A DNA stretch of 64,000 nt, taken from NCBI GenBank assembly GCA_016208765.1, contig JACQXK010000085.1, positions 4,814-68,813 of the forward strand, given 5' to 3'. Source of the DNA: Candidatus Omnitrophota bacterium (GTDB taxonomy: Bacteria; Omnitrophota; Gorgyraeia; Gygaellales; Profunditerraquicolaceae). This document shows, piece after piece, positions 46,641-56,660 of this stretch; position 1 is the stretch's first letter, and each line of letters starts with the position of its first letter. The notes beneath the pieces are model-generated. The model had not been told where the DNA came from, searched no databases, and was given only the letters and a program-made list of their open reading frames with translations. Position numbers and translations under genes: made by a program.

Positions 46641-48255
46641 GAATAGGATTAAGAATAAAGCTGAGAGTTTGCAGAAACAGCTTCGTGAAGCAGCAAAAGA
46701 AGCTGAGATTTATGTAGATAGCAAAGAATCAGCAACAAATAATTCTTTTTCTAAGACACTACTTACTGAGCTATCAAACGACATAGATTTAATATTAACC
46801 AAAGCAAGGGAAGGGCTTAAAGGCCGCAATGGTTCTCCGGCTGTCAGGCATTTCCTTCGGGAGGTAAAAGACAAAGTGAAGAAAATGATTGCAGGTATCA
46901 AGGAGGTAGAAGTCAAAACAATTGCTGAGTCAATTGTAAATAAGATTGAAGAAGCGGAGAAAACAGGAAGTTTTAGCGATATTGAATCACAGGTGCGCGC
47001 GGCAATAAAAAGTAATCCATTGTTTCCTGAGAAAATTGGCGAACGATATGCTGACGGGCCGTATGTCAGAGATATGTACCCGGATAGAGTTGTTATCAGT
47101 TACGAAGGGAAACTTTTTGAGATGGAGTATTCAATAATGAAAGAGGCGGTTATATTAGGCACGCCAAAAGAGGTAATTGAAAAATATGTTCCAGTTACTG
47201 AGGCCTCAAAAGATAAAGTTGAGGTAAAAGAGACGGCAAGAATTGAAGTGTTAAGGGAATCGCAGACACAGGATTTTGAGGTTTCTGGATTCGTTAGCCT
47301 TAAGGAGGCCAAATTTAATTCAGATTTTAGTGAGGTTGAAGTTGTGCTTATAGAGGCAGGATGTAATGAGCAGAAAAAGAGATATTATCCGGATAAAACT
47401 ATTAAAGAAGCCGCATCTATTTTTACAGGATGGAAGATGTATATAAATCATCCTACGGCTACAGAGGAGAAAGAAAGGCCGGAGAGAAATCTCAAGGATT
47501 GGGCATCTACGATTGTTGAGTCAAGGTATGACAACGGCATGGCTATCGGTAAGGTTGCCATACATGATTCTTGGCTTCGTGAGAGGCTTGCGGATCCGGT
47601 TGCAAGGCAGCATATAGGTTTGTCAATAAACACAGGAGGGAAAATATCCGTCGGACGCGTTAACGGCAAAGACGGTTATCAAATAGTTGAAGCGATTATA
47701 CCTGCACGGAAAAACGGCCCGCCATCGGTGGATTGGGTGACAGAAGCCGGAGCAAGGGGACGCGTAAACAAATTACTGGAGAGTAGAAGAGGAGGAGTAA
47801 AAATGGAATTAGAAATGGCAACAATGAAAGATTTAAAGGAAACAAGGTCTGATTTGGTTGAGGCTGTTACCAAAGAAATTCAGGCTGGCAACAGTGAGAA
47901 AGTGACAAAGCTTGAAAAAGACCTTAAGGAAGCACAGGATAAAATTGCGTCTTTTGATAAGACAGACAAGATTAATAAACAGGTTGAGTTGGTTGAGTCT
48001 ATCTTAAAGGACAAAAAGATTCCTGCTGTTTCCAAAGAGAGAATAATTGGGCAGGTAAAAGCTGCGGTTATTGATGGTGATATCAAAGAATCTATTACCA
48101 AATTGATTGAAGCAGAGCTTGAGTATGTGAACAAGCTCAGCCCAAAAGGAAAAATCAAGTTGTCAGAATCAAAGGATACCGATATCAAAGAATCGCTTCA
48201 AAACCAACTTGATAAACGAGCTGGAGTTGAAGAAAAGAAAGAAGAAAAGGAATAA
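46600..48255 (+). CDS. Prohead protease/scaffold fusion
   Basis: RYYP, MYINHP, IGLSIN and SVDWVTEAGARG motifs; charged helical C-terminus; precedes capsid genes. Confidence 0.78.
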   Translation: MESMSHQVLIKELENRIKNKAESLQKQLREAAKEAEIYVDSKESATNNSFSKTLLTELSNDIDLILTKAREGLKGRNGSPAVRHFLREVKDKVKKMIAGIKEVEVKTIAESIVNKIEEAEKTGSFSDIESQVRAAIKSNPLFPEKIGERYADGPYVRDMYPDRVVISYEGKLFEMEYSIMKEAVILGTPKEVIEKYVPVTEASKDKVEVKETARIEVLRESQTQDFEVSGFVSLKEAKFNSDFSEVEVVLIEAGCNEQKKRYYPDKTIKEAASIFTGWKMYINHPTATEEKERPERNLKDWASTIVESRYDNGMAIGKVAIHDSWLRERLADPVARQHIGLSINTGGKISVGRVNGKDGYQIVEAIIPARKNGPPSVDWVTEAGARGRVNKLLESRRGGVKMELEMATMKDLKETRSDLVEAVTKEIQAGNSEKVTKLEKDLKEAQDKIASFDKTDKINKQVELVESILKDKKIPAVSKERIIGQVKAAVIDGDIKESITKLIEAELEYVNKLSPKGKIKLSESKDTDIKESLQNQLDKRAGVEEKKEEKE

Positions 48256-48302
48256 AATTCCGCTTGGTGAATAACCAAGAAATATAAAAGGAGAGTTTAG
48301 AG

Positions 48303-48665
48303 ATGGCAAACAATTTTAAGTATTCAGGAAAAAGAATTACTTTAGCTCCTGCGGCACCTGTTGCAAGTGGTGCATTATGCAGAGTTAAAGGTTTTGTTGG
48401 CATTCCAATGACCAACAGAGTGGCTGGCGAGTCGGTTGCTTTTGCATTAGAAGGCGTGTGGGGAATGACTGTTGCAGTGCAAGGAGTAGTTCCTTCAATC
48501 GGTACTATTTTGTACTGGGATACAACTACAGGAGCATTGTCAATCGGTGCTGCTAATGATGATTATCCAGCAGTCAAGGTTGTTACAACTCCAAGTTCCT
48601 CAACCGGTGCATTTGATGGACTGCTCTTGCCGCAAGGAAGGCCTTACGGGCAGGAACAGAGCTAA
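48303..48665 (+). CDS. Capsid decoration/cement protein (DUF2190-like)
   Basis: MANNF..SG..I...A..V.SG...EGVW...G..LYWD; lies between scaffold and MCP. Confidence 0.75.
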   Translation: MANNFKYSGKRITLAPAAPVASGALCRVKGFVGIPMTNRVAGESVAFALEGVWGMTVAVQGVVPSIGTILYWDTTTGALSIGAANDDYPAVKVVTTPSSSTGAFDGLLLPQGRPYGQEQS

Positions 48666-48698
48666 AAAATTTTAGTTCAAATAATAGGAGGTTTTACA

Positions 48699-49688
48699 AT
48701 GCGTAAGAGTTTATTAGGGATGTATCACGATTTAAAGGAATCCGCAAGCACAAGCGATTTTCCTTATCTCTTGGGTAATACCATGTATAAGAAATTGCTT
48801 GGGCGCTTTAACGGGTTTCCGTCTCCTTGGAGACAATATACAATGCTCGGCGATCTGGCTGATTTCAAGGCTCACGACAGAATTATTTTGTCTGAGGCTC
48901 CTGATCTGGATGAGATTGAGGAGAATGGTAATTACAAAGAGGCAAAATTTTCAGATGCAAAATATTCCATTCAGGCAAAAACCTTCGGGAAAACTTTTTC
49001 CGTTGGCCGCACCGCGATAATCAATGACGACCTGCATGGAATTATGCAAATGCCTCAGATGTTTGGCCGCGCAACAGTAAGGACAATGGTTAAGAGGATT
49101 CTTGGTTTATTGTCCGGTAATGCGAATGCCTACGACGGCAGTGCAATTTTTGCTTTACGTACAGCAACGACTCGCAACTATACTGCGAATGTTTCTTTAG
49201 CGAATACAGCTGCCGGCATGGCCGCGATTTCTGCTTGTATGCAGAGAATTCGTTCTCAGGTAGAGCCAAGCTCAGGAGAGTTAATGGGATTAACCCCTAA
49301 GTATTTGTTAACTGGTACAACGCTTGCTCCAGTTGCACAGCAGTTAATCAAATCGGCACAGATATTGCCGGTGAGCACAAATGGTGGTGGTACTTACAAT
49401 GTCATCGGGACGCTTACTCCTATTGAGGATCCGTTAATTGACATTGTTTTAAGTTCTTCTTGGTGGGCTGTTTTAGCAGATCCACAGGATTGTCCGGTTA
49501 TTGAGGTAGGGTTCTTAAATGGCAAGGCTGAGCCCGATTTACTGGTTTCCAAGGCTGAAATGGTCAGCATGGCCGGTGGTTCTGAAGATCCTTATGGATA
49601 TGAGTTTGATGATATTCACTACAAAGTGCGTCACGATTGGGCAGCACAGTTAGGATATTATCAAGGTATCTGCAGGGGTAGTTCGTAA
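48699..49688 (+). CDS. Major capsid protein (Mu gpT-like, HK97 fold)
   Basis: STSDFP.LL, DFK, TFGK.F...R.AIINDDL, IEVGFLNG and YKVRHD motifs. Confidence 0.88.
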   Translation: MRKSLLGMYHDLKESASTSDFPYLLGNTMYKKLLGRFNGFPSPWRQYTMLGDLADFKAHDRIILSEAPDLDEIEENGNYKEAKFSDAKYSIQAKTFGKTFSVGRTAIINDDLHGIMQMPQMFGRATVRTMVKRILGLLSGNANAYDGSAIFALRTATTRNYTANVSLANTAAGMAAISACMQRIRSQVEPSSGELMGLTPKYLLTGTTLAPVAQQLIKSAQILPVSTNGGGTYNVIGTLTPIEDPLIDIVLSSSWWAVLADPQDCPVIEVGFLNGKAEPDLLVSKAEMVSMAGGSEDPYGYEFDDIHYKVRHDWAAQLGYYQGICRGSS

Positions 49689-49702
49689 TTTAACAAACCG
49701 AC

Positions 49703-49730
49703 ATGGGGAGGGCTTTCGGGCCTTCCCCAT
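49703..49730 (+). terminator. GC-rich hairpin after the capsid gene (attenuator or mRNA stabiliser)
   Basis: ATGGGGAGGGC-TTTCGG-GCCTTCCCCAT; no clear U tract. Confidence 0.55.
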
Positions 49731-49742
49731 TAAGGGGGATAT

Positions 49743-50120
49743 ATGGCATTTACATTTGACCCGACGACTAATTTAGGAAAAGTAAGATTTCTAATAGGTG
49801 ATATGACGGATTCCGGGCATGTTTTTGAGGACGCCACGATAAATGCGGCCATATCGTTTACATCAAGCGATTTATATGCAGCAGCAGCATTATGTCTTTA
49901 TAGTTTATCTGCATCAAAGGCATTACTTGCTAAGAGAAAAGCAGCGGGGAAGTATTCAGAAGATTTGACAGCGATAGCAAAGGAATGCAGGGAGACAGCA
50001 AAGGCTTACGAAGAGAAATCAAGAAGTATTCCATCAGAAGCACAGGCAGAGCAGTTCCTTACCGATTTTAATTATAACCAGATTTTACAAAATAAAGCAT
50101 TAAGAGATGAGTCCGATTAA
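49743..50120 (+). CDS. Head-tail connector protein
   Basis: MAFTFDP...KVRFLIGD....F.D..I pattern; follows MCP. Confidence 0.75.
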   Translation: MAFTFDPTTNLGKVRFLIGDMTDSGHVFEDATINAAISFTSSDLYAAAALCLYSLSASKALLAKRKAAGKYSEDLTAIAKECRETAKAYEEKSRSIPSEAQAEQFLTDFNYNQILQNKALRDESD

Positions 50121-50613
50121 ATGGAAGCAGCATTATTGGCATACAGTTTCTTGTGCGCGTGAGCGTATCAACGAGATTGTGCGTAGGGCCCAAGGCGCAA
50201 AGAACGTGCTTGATGCAGGATGCAATGAGGGGTTCTTATCTCAGGCCTTAAAGGAATCAGGATTAAAAGTTACCAGTATTGATATAGAAGATAAAGAGAT
50301 ATTAAAAGCAAAAGAAATATTTGGTATTGATGCAGTAAAGGCGGATATAAATAAGTTACCTTTTTCCGACGGAGAGTTTGACTTGGTTATAGGCGGGGAA
50401 GTGTTAGAGCATTTAGTTAATCCGGGGAAAGGATTATCTGAGTTGTTTAGGGTATCAAGTGACAGAGTAATAATATCGCTTCCTATTGGTGAATATTGGC
50501 TCGGGTGTTCTGAGCATTTGTGGCAAATAGATACTACGGTTATAGAGCATGATCAGGGAATAAAAGAAGAGCTGATTAAAAAAATACTTGTTATGGAGTT
50601 TAAGAAAAGATGA
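50107..50613 (+). CDS. Class I SAM-dependent methyltransferase
   Basis: VLDAGCNEG and LPFSDGEFDLV..GEVLEHL..P motifs. Confidence 0.9.
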   Translation: MSPIKWKQHYWHTVSCARERINEIVRRAQGAKNVLDAGCNEGFLSQALKESGLKVTSIDIEDKEILKAKEIFGIDAVKADINKLPFSDGEFDLVIGGEVLEHLVNPGKGLSELFRVSSDRVIISLPIGEYWLGCSEHLWQIDTTVIEHDQGIKEELIKKILVMEFKKR

Positions 50614-51521
50614 AGATAGCAATTTTATCTTGCGCACATACCGGTAATTTTGGAGATGACATTATTTTTGAGGGAGTGCTTAGAATATTATCAGCAATGT
50701 TTCCTAAGGGTGGAAAAGTTAGTCATTTCTTGAGAATTAACAAGGGAAATATTGACGAGATAAATAAGCACGATTTGCTGGTTATTGGCGGAGGAGAATT
50801 ATTATCTAATTCAGATATTCTTGAACAGATAACAAGCAATGAAATAAATATACCATATATGTTTTTGTGTGTAGGCATAGGAAGAGAAGAGGATATAAAA
50901 CCATATCTTCATAAGATTAAGCCGTTGTTTTGGTCTGTTAGGTCTTATGAAGGAGTGAATATTGTTAAAAGGCTTGGCATAGAAAACGTATGTTTTCAAG
51001 ATGATCCGATATTCTGGTGTTTGACTGATAAAAAAGAAAAAAATAATTCAATAGCTGTTTGCTTAAAAGCGATACATAAAAATAATGAGTGGATAAATGA
51101 ATTTGTAATAGAGTTAGATAAAATAATCTCAGACGGAGTTAAGGTTTCATTAGTAGCTTTAGGTAATAAAGAAAGGAATAAAATAAATTACTGTGGAGAG
51201 GAAATATTTATCTCAGATTGCAACGATTATACTTTGGCGCACCAGATAAATATATTACTTAAGAATAGCATCCCAGTTATTTGCTACAAAGATAATCCTA
51301 TTGAGTTTTTAAATATATTAGCTTCTTTTAAAGGGATTGTTTCTGAAAGGCTGCATGGGGCATTAGCAGCATATCATGCCGGGATTGATTTTAAGTCTAT
51401 TCCCTATCACAACAAAGTAAATAAATTTTTGAACACATATTCAATTCAAGATAAGGCCATTGGAGATAATCCTAAAGATATCTGTTACGCGATAAAAAGT
51501 TTATGGAGAGAGGCCCGCTGA
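50610..51521 (+). CDS. Polysaccharide pyruvyl transferase family protein
   Basis: GNFGDD, IGGGEL, SVR, DP and RLHG motifs. Confidence 0.85.
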   Translation: MKIAILSCAHTGNFGDDIIFEGVLRILSAMFPKGGKVSHFLRINKGNIDEINKHDLLVIGGGELLSNSDILEQITSNEINIPYMFLCVGIGREEDIKPYLHKIKPLFWSVRSYEGVNIVKRLGIENVCFQDDPIFWCLTDKKEKNNSIAVCLKAIHKNNEWINEFVIELDKIISDGVKVSLVALGNKERNKINYCGEEIFISDCNDYTLAHQINILLKNSIPVICYKDNPIEFLNILASFKGIVSERLHGALAAYHAGIDFKSIPYHNKVNKFLNTYSIQDKAIGDNPKDICYAIKSLWREAR

Positions 51522-51539
51522 GGCCCAGAAAGGAATAGT

Positions 51540-52541
51540 ATGAATATAATTCATGAATTGAATCAGTTGAATTATGGTGGAGTTGAAAAAGTGATTAGAA
51601 ATATTATTAAATACGACAAAGAGAATAATCATCAAATTGTGGCATATAAAGACGGCCCGTTTAAAAAAGAATTTGAGAAAATAGGCGCGAGAGTGGTGTT
51701 TCTACCAAAAGAAGGAACGGTTGATTTTGATGCAGATGTGATACATGTTCATTCGGGTGGCGGTATAAGCGAAATGGCGAAAATATTAGGCAGGAATTTT
51801 CCTGTTGTAGAGACAATTCATTCTCCTGTTCGTTCACCAATGACAAATGAATTTATATCGCAGAGAGTAGGTGTTACTGAGGCTGTTTGTCGGATGAATT
51901 CAAATTGCATTACGATTTATAACGGACTTGATTTGGATACATTAGAGCCGGATAGATATCCTGAGGATGTAAAAAAAGAACTTGGGATTCCTGATGGCGT
52001 TCCTATTGTGGGGAGGCTTGGACGTATAGGTAAAGATAAATGTTTAGAAGAGTGGATTTTAGCTTGTTACTATTTGCAACAGCAGGGTGTAAATTTTATT
52101 CCTTTAATCGTAGGCGGTGAAGCAGCAGGGCTTGACGGCTATGTCGGAAAATTGAAGCTGATGGCGGCATCACTGCCGGTTAAAGGAATTATTTGGGCCG
52201 GTCATCGCGCGGACGTGGCAAATTATTTACAGATAATGGATGTTTTTCTTTATCCTTCTCCGACTGAGGGCTTTGGGCTTGTTTTTGCCGAGGCAATGTA
52301 TTCCGGTTCGGTCGTGGTTACATATAAAAACGATATCTCAATGGAAGTTGCAGGCGGATATTCGGTGCTTACCGAGAAGAGTATTAAAGGTTTAGTTGAT
52401 GGAGTTAAGAAAGCTTTAGATATCAACATAAGAGACAATATTGTTCCAATGGCTCATGACTTTGTAGCAGAGATGTTTAACGCTGAGAGAATGACAAGTG
52501 AATATCAGGAAGTTTATAAGAGGGTAGTTAGATTAAGATGA
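51540..52541 (+). CDS. GT4 glycosyltransferase
   Basis: GGVEK, GRLGR..KDK and PS.TEGFGLVFAEAM (EX7E) motifs. Confidence 0.9.
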   Translation: MNIIHELNQLNYGGVEKVIRNIIKYDKENNHQIVAYKDGPFKKEFEKIGARVVFLPKEGTVDFDADVIHVHSGGGISEMAKILGRNFPVVETIHSPVRSPMTNEFISQRVGVTEAVCRMNSNCITIYNGLDLDTLEPDRYPEDVKKELGIPDGVPIVGRLGRIGKDKCLEEWILACYYLQQQGVNFIPLIVGGEAAGLDGYVGKLKLMAASLPVKGIIWAGHRADVANYLQIMDVFLYPSPTEGFGLVFAEAMYSGSVVVTYKNDISMEVAGGYSVLTEKSIKGLVDGVKKALDINIRDNIVPMAHDFVAEMFNAERMTSEYQEVYKRVVRLR

Positions 52542-53128
52542 GTGAGTTTACAGATATCTTAACCGCGGTTGTAAATATAAAAAGATTTACTCCTTATCTT
52601 TTAGACAATATAAATGTGGCAGCGTCTTTGTCAGCAAATAGGCAACCTGAGAAATCCTGCCGGCTTGCATTGGAAATTGACGGATGCACGGTGTCAACTG
52701 GATTGGTTACAGTTTCAGGAAACACGATTGAGACTTTCTCATTTACAAACAATGGTTTTAAGGTAGGGATAAAAGATTTTACAAGTGTATCGTCAATTCT
52801 TGTCTCGGGGATATCTAATGGTTTTATTCAGGTTAAGGCAGTCAGTAAAACAGGACAACCGGTGAATCAGGAGAAAGATATTTATAATTCTCTTGCGGTA
52901 AGATTTGAAGCATTAGAGGGAAGTATAAGAATGATGGCTCCGGGCGAGCAGAAAAAAGCAGAATATAAAATGTATGCGGCGCCTGACAAAATTTTACAAG
53001 AGAATGATTTGGTTTATGCTGTTTCCGGGATAGTAGGAATTACTGTTGGTTTAATATCTTTTGTGGATACACTTATGGATTTTGATGGCGCAACAGATCA
53101 TATAGAGTGTGAAATAATGACGCCTTAG
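52538..53128 (+). CDS. Putative head-closure protein
   Basis: Neck position; beta-rich with terminal DHIECE as in gp16-type stoppers. Confidence 0.55.
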   Translation: MSEFTDILTAVVNIKRFTPYLLDNINVAASLSANRQPEKSCRLALEIDGCTVSTGLVTVSGNTIETFSFTNNGFKVGIKDFTSVSSILVSGISNGFIQVKAVSKTGQPVNQEKDIYNSLAVRFEALEGSIRMMAPGEQKKAEYKMYAAPDKILQENDLVYAVSGIVGITVGLISFVDTLMDFDGATDHIECEIMTP

Positions 53129-53148
53129 AGGCGCAAAAAGGAGAGGGA

Positions 53149-55545
53149 ATGAAATATTCTATAATCATTGCAACACATAACGGATTAGAGCATACATCAA
53201 GATGTTTAACAAGCATATTTAATTGTTCAAAAGATTTTGAGCTTATTGTTGTTGATAATGGCTCAACCGACGGGACTAAAGGTTATTTGCAGGAATTAAA
53301 AGCGCGTAATGAAAATGTCAAAGTGATTTCTAATCCTGAAAATACTACTTTTTCAATCGCTAATAATCAGGGATTAAAGATAGCTGAAGGTGAGTATATT
53401 GTTTTTTTAAATAACGATACCGTGGTTTGTAATGAATGGCTTGAAAGATTGAATGCTCATTTACATAAAATTCCATTAAAGAATCTGGGTATTGTTGGGC
53501 CGGTAACAAATAACTCTAATGGTAAACAATGTGTTGGAACGCAGGATCCGGAAGTATGGCATCAAGAAAATAAGGGTAGATGGGCGCATGCAGGCAGGCT
53601 TTATGGATGGTGCATGATGATGCGTAAGAGTTTACTTGATGAAATTGGTGGTTTTGATGAAAGATTTATCAACTCTCATGAGGATAATGATTTATGCCTC
53701 AGGGCGCAGTTAGCCGGATATAAGCTTGCTATTGCCTACGATACTTATATACATCATACCGGTCAAGGGACACTAAGGAAAGTGTTTGATAATCAGGGGT
53801 ATTTGGATAATGGGTATAAGAATCGTGAGCTTTATTATGATAAATGGTATAGCGATAAATTGAAAAAATTAGTTGCAGTTTACAGGACAAATGGTGGGAA
53901 GTGGTTAGAAGAATCGTTAAGACAGACTTCTAAGTTTGCTGATTCAATATTGATACATTTTTGCCGCGCGCCACAAGATTTTGAGATGGATGTTACGTTT
54001 ACTGGAAACTTTGAAGGGAAAGGAAAATACTATCCTAAACGCGATGAATATATAAAACTTCTTAAACAAAAATTTCCTAAAGTAATCTGGACAGAATTCT
54101 ATGACGGTATCTTTCAGGAAGATTACGAACGTGGCCGGCTGTTAGAATTAGCCCTGGAAATGCATGCAAAAGGTGAGGCTGATTGGTGTATTTCTGTTGA
54201 TGATGATGAAATATACGAAGATAAATTTATAGAGAAGGTTCAGAAAATGATGTCACCGCGTAATCCTGAGATATTCGGTTATTGGTGTAACTGGCGTACG
54301 ATATGGGATAGGCGCGGAAAAGATGAGTATTATAGGACTGATTCCACCTTTGGTCAGTTTAGTAATTATCGGTTCTTTAAACTCATGAAGAATCAGGAGA
54401 TTAATTCTCATGGACACCCGGAAGGGCATCATTGTGGATCTGCTCCTCTTATGGCTGAGGAGAATTTGGCATGGTCAAACATTAGGGTAAAACACATGGG
54501 TTATGATACTCATGAGCAGAGGCAAAGAAAATATGAATTTTACGAGGCAAACGATCATTTTAAAGATGCGCGCGACATCGGTAATAAAGATTATTCTCAT
54601 TTGATAGATGTGAATGTTTCTCTTGAGAAATATCGTCAGGATAATGGCATCAGTTTAATCATGATGGTTAAAAATGAAGAAAAGCATATTTTAACATGTC
54701 TTGAGTCAGTTGCTCCGGTTATAGATGAGTTTGTGATTGTGGATACAGGATCAACAGACAAAACAGTTGAAATTGTGGAAAAATTCTCTAAATATTCTGC
54801 AGCGCCGGTTAAGATCTTTCATTCTCCTTGGGTTGATAATTATTCTATTCCAAGGAATTACGGAAAATTTCATGCTACAAAGCAGTGGATTTTAATGTTA
54901 GACGCTGATGAGAGGTTTAGTTATGAAGATTTAAGAAAAATTCATCAAATGAGCGAAACAGAAGCAGATGCAGTGATATTCCATGTAATTAATTATTTAA
55001 AAGCTCCCCTTTTTGGTCAAAAGCCGGTTTATGCTTCTACAGAATCGGTGAGGATGTATAGAAATAAGCCTGAGTTGTTTTATTCGGGGGTAATTCACGA
55101 AACAATTGATGATGCTATTTGCGCGATGACTAATAAGCAAGGATTAAAGGTGGCGCGTTCTCCGGTTGTATTACATCACTATGGATATCTTAAAGAGAAG
55201 AGAAAAGTTAACGATAAGCTTAATTATTACGAGATGCTCAACAACAAGCAAATTGAAGTAACAGAGGGAAAGGATCCGCGGCCGTATTTTAATCTTGCGC
55301 TGCATTATCTTAATGATGATAAAAAGCAGGAAGCCTTGAGGTGTTTCCAGAAAGCATTGGAGATAAATCCTAATTTTTGGCACGCAAATCAGCAAATGGC
55401 GGCGTTAAATATTCAAAGCGCCAAGGAATTTTTGACGAGAACAATTGATTCAATACCTGAACAGCATCCATTTAAGAAACAAGCGGTGACATTACTTGAG
55501 TATTTGAACAGCAATTCTTTTGGATATACAAAGGTGGGGGTTTAG
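53149..55545 (+). CDS. Multidomain glycosyltransferase: three GT-A/GT2 domains plus TPR
   Basis: Domain 1 VVDNGSTDGT/FLNND/EDNDL; domain 2 ISVDDDE/HMGY; domain 3 MMVKNEE/VDTGSTD/LDADE/HYGY; TPR YFNLALHY...FQKALEINP. Confidence 0.88.
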   Translation: MKYSIIIATHNGLEHTSRCLTSIFNCSKDFELIVVDNGSTDGTKGYLQELKARNENVKVISNPENTTFSIANNQGLKIAEGEYIVFLNNDTVVCNEWLERLNAHLHKIPLKNLGIVGPVTNNSNGKQCVGTQDPEVWHQENKGRWAHAGRLYGWCMMMRKSLLDEIGGFDERFINSHEDNDLCLRAQLAGYKLAIAYDTYIHHTGQGTLRKVFDNQGYLDNGYKNRELYYDKWYSDKLKKLVAVYRTNGGKWLEESLRQTSKFADSILIHFCRAPQDFEMDVTFTGNFEGKGKYYPKRDEYIKLLKQKFPKVIWTEFYDGIFQEDYERGRLLELALEMHAKGEADWCISVDDDEIYEDKFIEKVQKMMSPRNPEIFGYWCNWRTIWDRRGKDEYYRTDSTFGQFSNYRFFKLMKNQEINSHGHPEGHHCGSAPLMAEENLAWSNIRVKHMGYDTHEQRQRKYEFYEANDHFKDARDIGNKDYSHLIDVNVSLEKYRQDNGISLIMMVKNEEKHILTCLESVAPVIDEFVIVDTGSTDKTVEIVEKFSKYSAAPVKIFHSPWVDNYSIPRNYGKFHATKQWILMLDADERFSYEDLRKIHQMSETEADAVIFHVINYLKAPLFGQKPVYASTESVRMYRNKPELFYSGVIHETIDDAICAMTNKQGLKVARSPVVLHHYGYLKEKRKVNDKLNYYEMLNNKQIEVTEGKDPRPYFNLALHYLNDDKKQEALRCFQKALEINPNFWHANQQMAALNIQSAKEFLTRTIDSIPEQHPFKKQAVTLLEYLNSNSFGYTKVGV

Positions 55546-55547
55546 AC

Positions 55548-56045
55548 ATGCCGGTATTTGGTGGTGAAGCAGTTGCTAAAAACATTAAATCCTTTGGCGG
55601 TGGATTTCTTAAGCATGTCAATAAGACTATGGAAATAGTGAGAGAAAGGCTTGATGATCGCGTTACTCGGAATATGAGTTTAAGGGATCACAATCTTCCA
55701 TACTTACGTAAGATTGGGCATCCTTATGCCGCAAGACATGGCGGTCAAGGTATGTCAATACACGATCCTTATTGGCTTGTGCATACGCAGGGTGGGAGAT
55801 TGTTAGCAAGTAAATCAAGCGGGGTTATTGAGGCGAGTGTTACAGGATCAACGCTTAAGGCAGGGGCGTTTGTTAAGTTAGACGAGAGTCAAGCTAAGTA
55901 TGCGTTGTATCTTATATACGGCACAAGCAAGATGATTCCGAGGGATTTTATGACAGGAAGCCTAATGCAGGAAAAGAATAAATTACAGGATTATTTGCAG
56001 CAGAATTTAAAAGACATGGTATTTAACTTTAAGCCGGTGGCATAA
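55548..56045 (+). CDS. Neck/tail completion protein (HK97 gp10-like)
   Basis: YA.YL.YGTSKMIPRDF motif. Confidence 0.7.
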   Translation: MPVFGGEAVAKNIKSFGGGFLKHVNKTMEIVRERLDDRVTRNMSLRDHNLPYLRKIGHPYAARHGGQGMSIHDPYWLVHTQGGRLLASKSSGVIEASVTGSTLKAGAFVKLDESQAKYALYLIYGTSKMIPRDFMTGSLMQEKNKLQDYLQQNLKDMVFNFKPVA

Positions 56046-56046
56046 A

Positions 56047-56460
56047 ATGGTTGAAGCTAAGGTATTTGAGAAGATTAGGCAGATATTAATAAATGATAAC
56101 ACGGTCGCAGGGTATGTGTCAGATAGGGTTTATACAGAGCATATAAGCTCAATCACGGATCCTGTGTATCCGGCAATATCATTACATCTTTTGCCCGGGA
56201 AAGCTAAGATAAATGTACCTACAATGGTGGAGATGGTTTTTCAGATAGACTTATGGTTTCCTTCCGGACAATGGACAGCTGATGATGTTTATGCTTGCTA
56301 TGGAAGAATAAGGACGTTATTGCATAGAGAAAATACTAAAGATACATCCATAGGAGTGACGATTATGAATATTTCTGAGGCGGGTGTTGGCCCAATGATG
56401 TATGACGAAGCAGTTGCCGGGTATCATTTACCAGTAAGATACAACGTGGTGGCGATATGA
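56047..56460 (+). CDS. Tail terminator protein (DUF3168-like)
   Basis: V.DRVY...YPAI...FQIDLW pattern; upstream of the tail tube gene. Confidence 0.72.
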   Translation: MVEAKVFEKIRQILINDNTVAGYVSDRVYTEHISSITDPVYPAISLHLLPGKAKINVPTMVEMVFQIDLWFPSGQWTADDVYACYGRIRTLLHRENTKDTSIGVTIMNISEAGVGPMMYDEAVAGYHLPVRYNVVAI

Positions 56461-56660
56461 CAGAGAAATGGATTTGCATAGCTTGTAAGTTTACGCTTGG
56501 TTTTATTGAAGATAAGAAGGTTATTAGGATTAAGCGTAAGGATTTATATGTTGAGACAGAAGGTGGAAAAGTCACAGAGATTTGTCCGCGATGTGGTAAA
56601 CCGAATACATTGACGGATGAAAAATACATAGAGAAAGGGGGTGAAAAATATGGCTTATAA
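56457..56660 (+). CDS. Small zinc-ribbon protein (Mu Com-like)
   Basis: CIAC..LG...EICPRCGK.N. Confidence 0.65.
   Translation: MTEKWICIACKFTLGFIEDKKVIRIKRKDLYVETEGGKVTEICPRCGKPNTLTDEKYIEKGGEKYGL

Noticed and set aside
50107-50613. DNA methyltransferase
   Set aside because: No DPPY/NPPY or PC motif; it resembles small-molecule or glycan methyltransferases.
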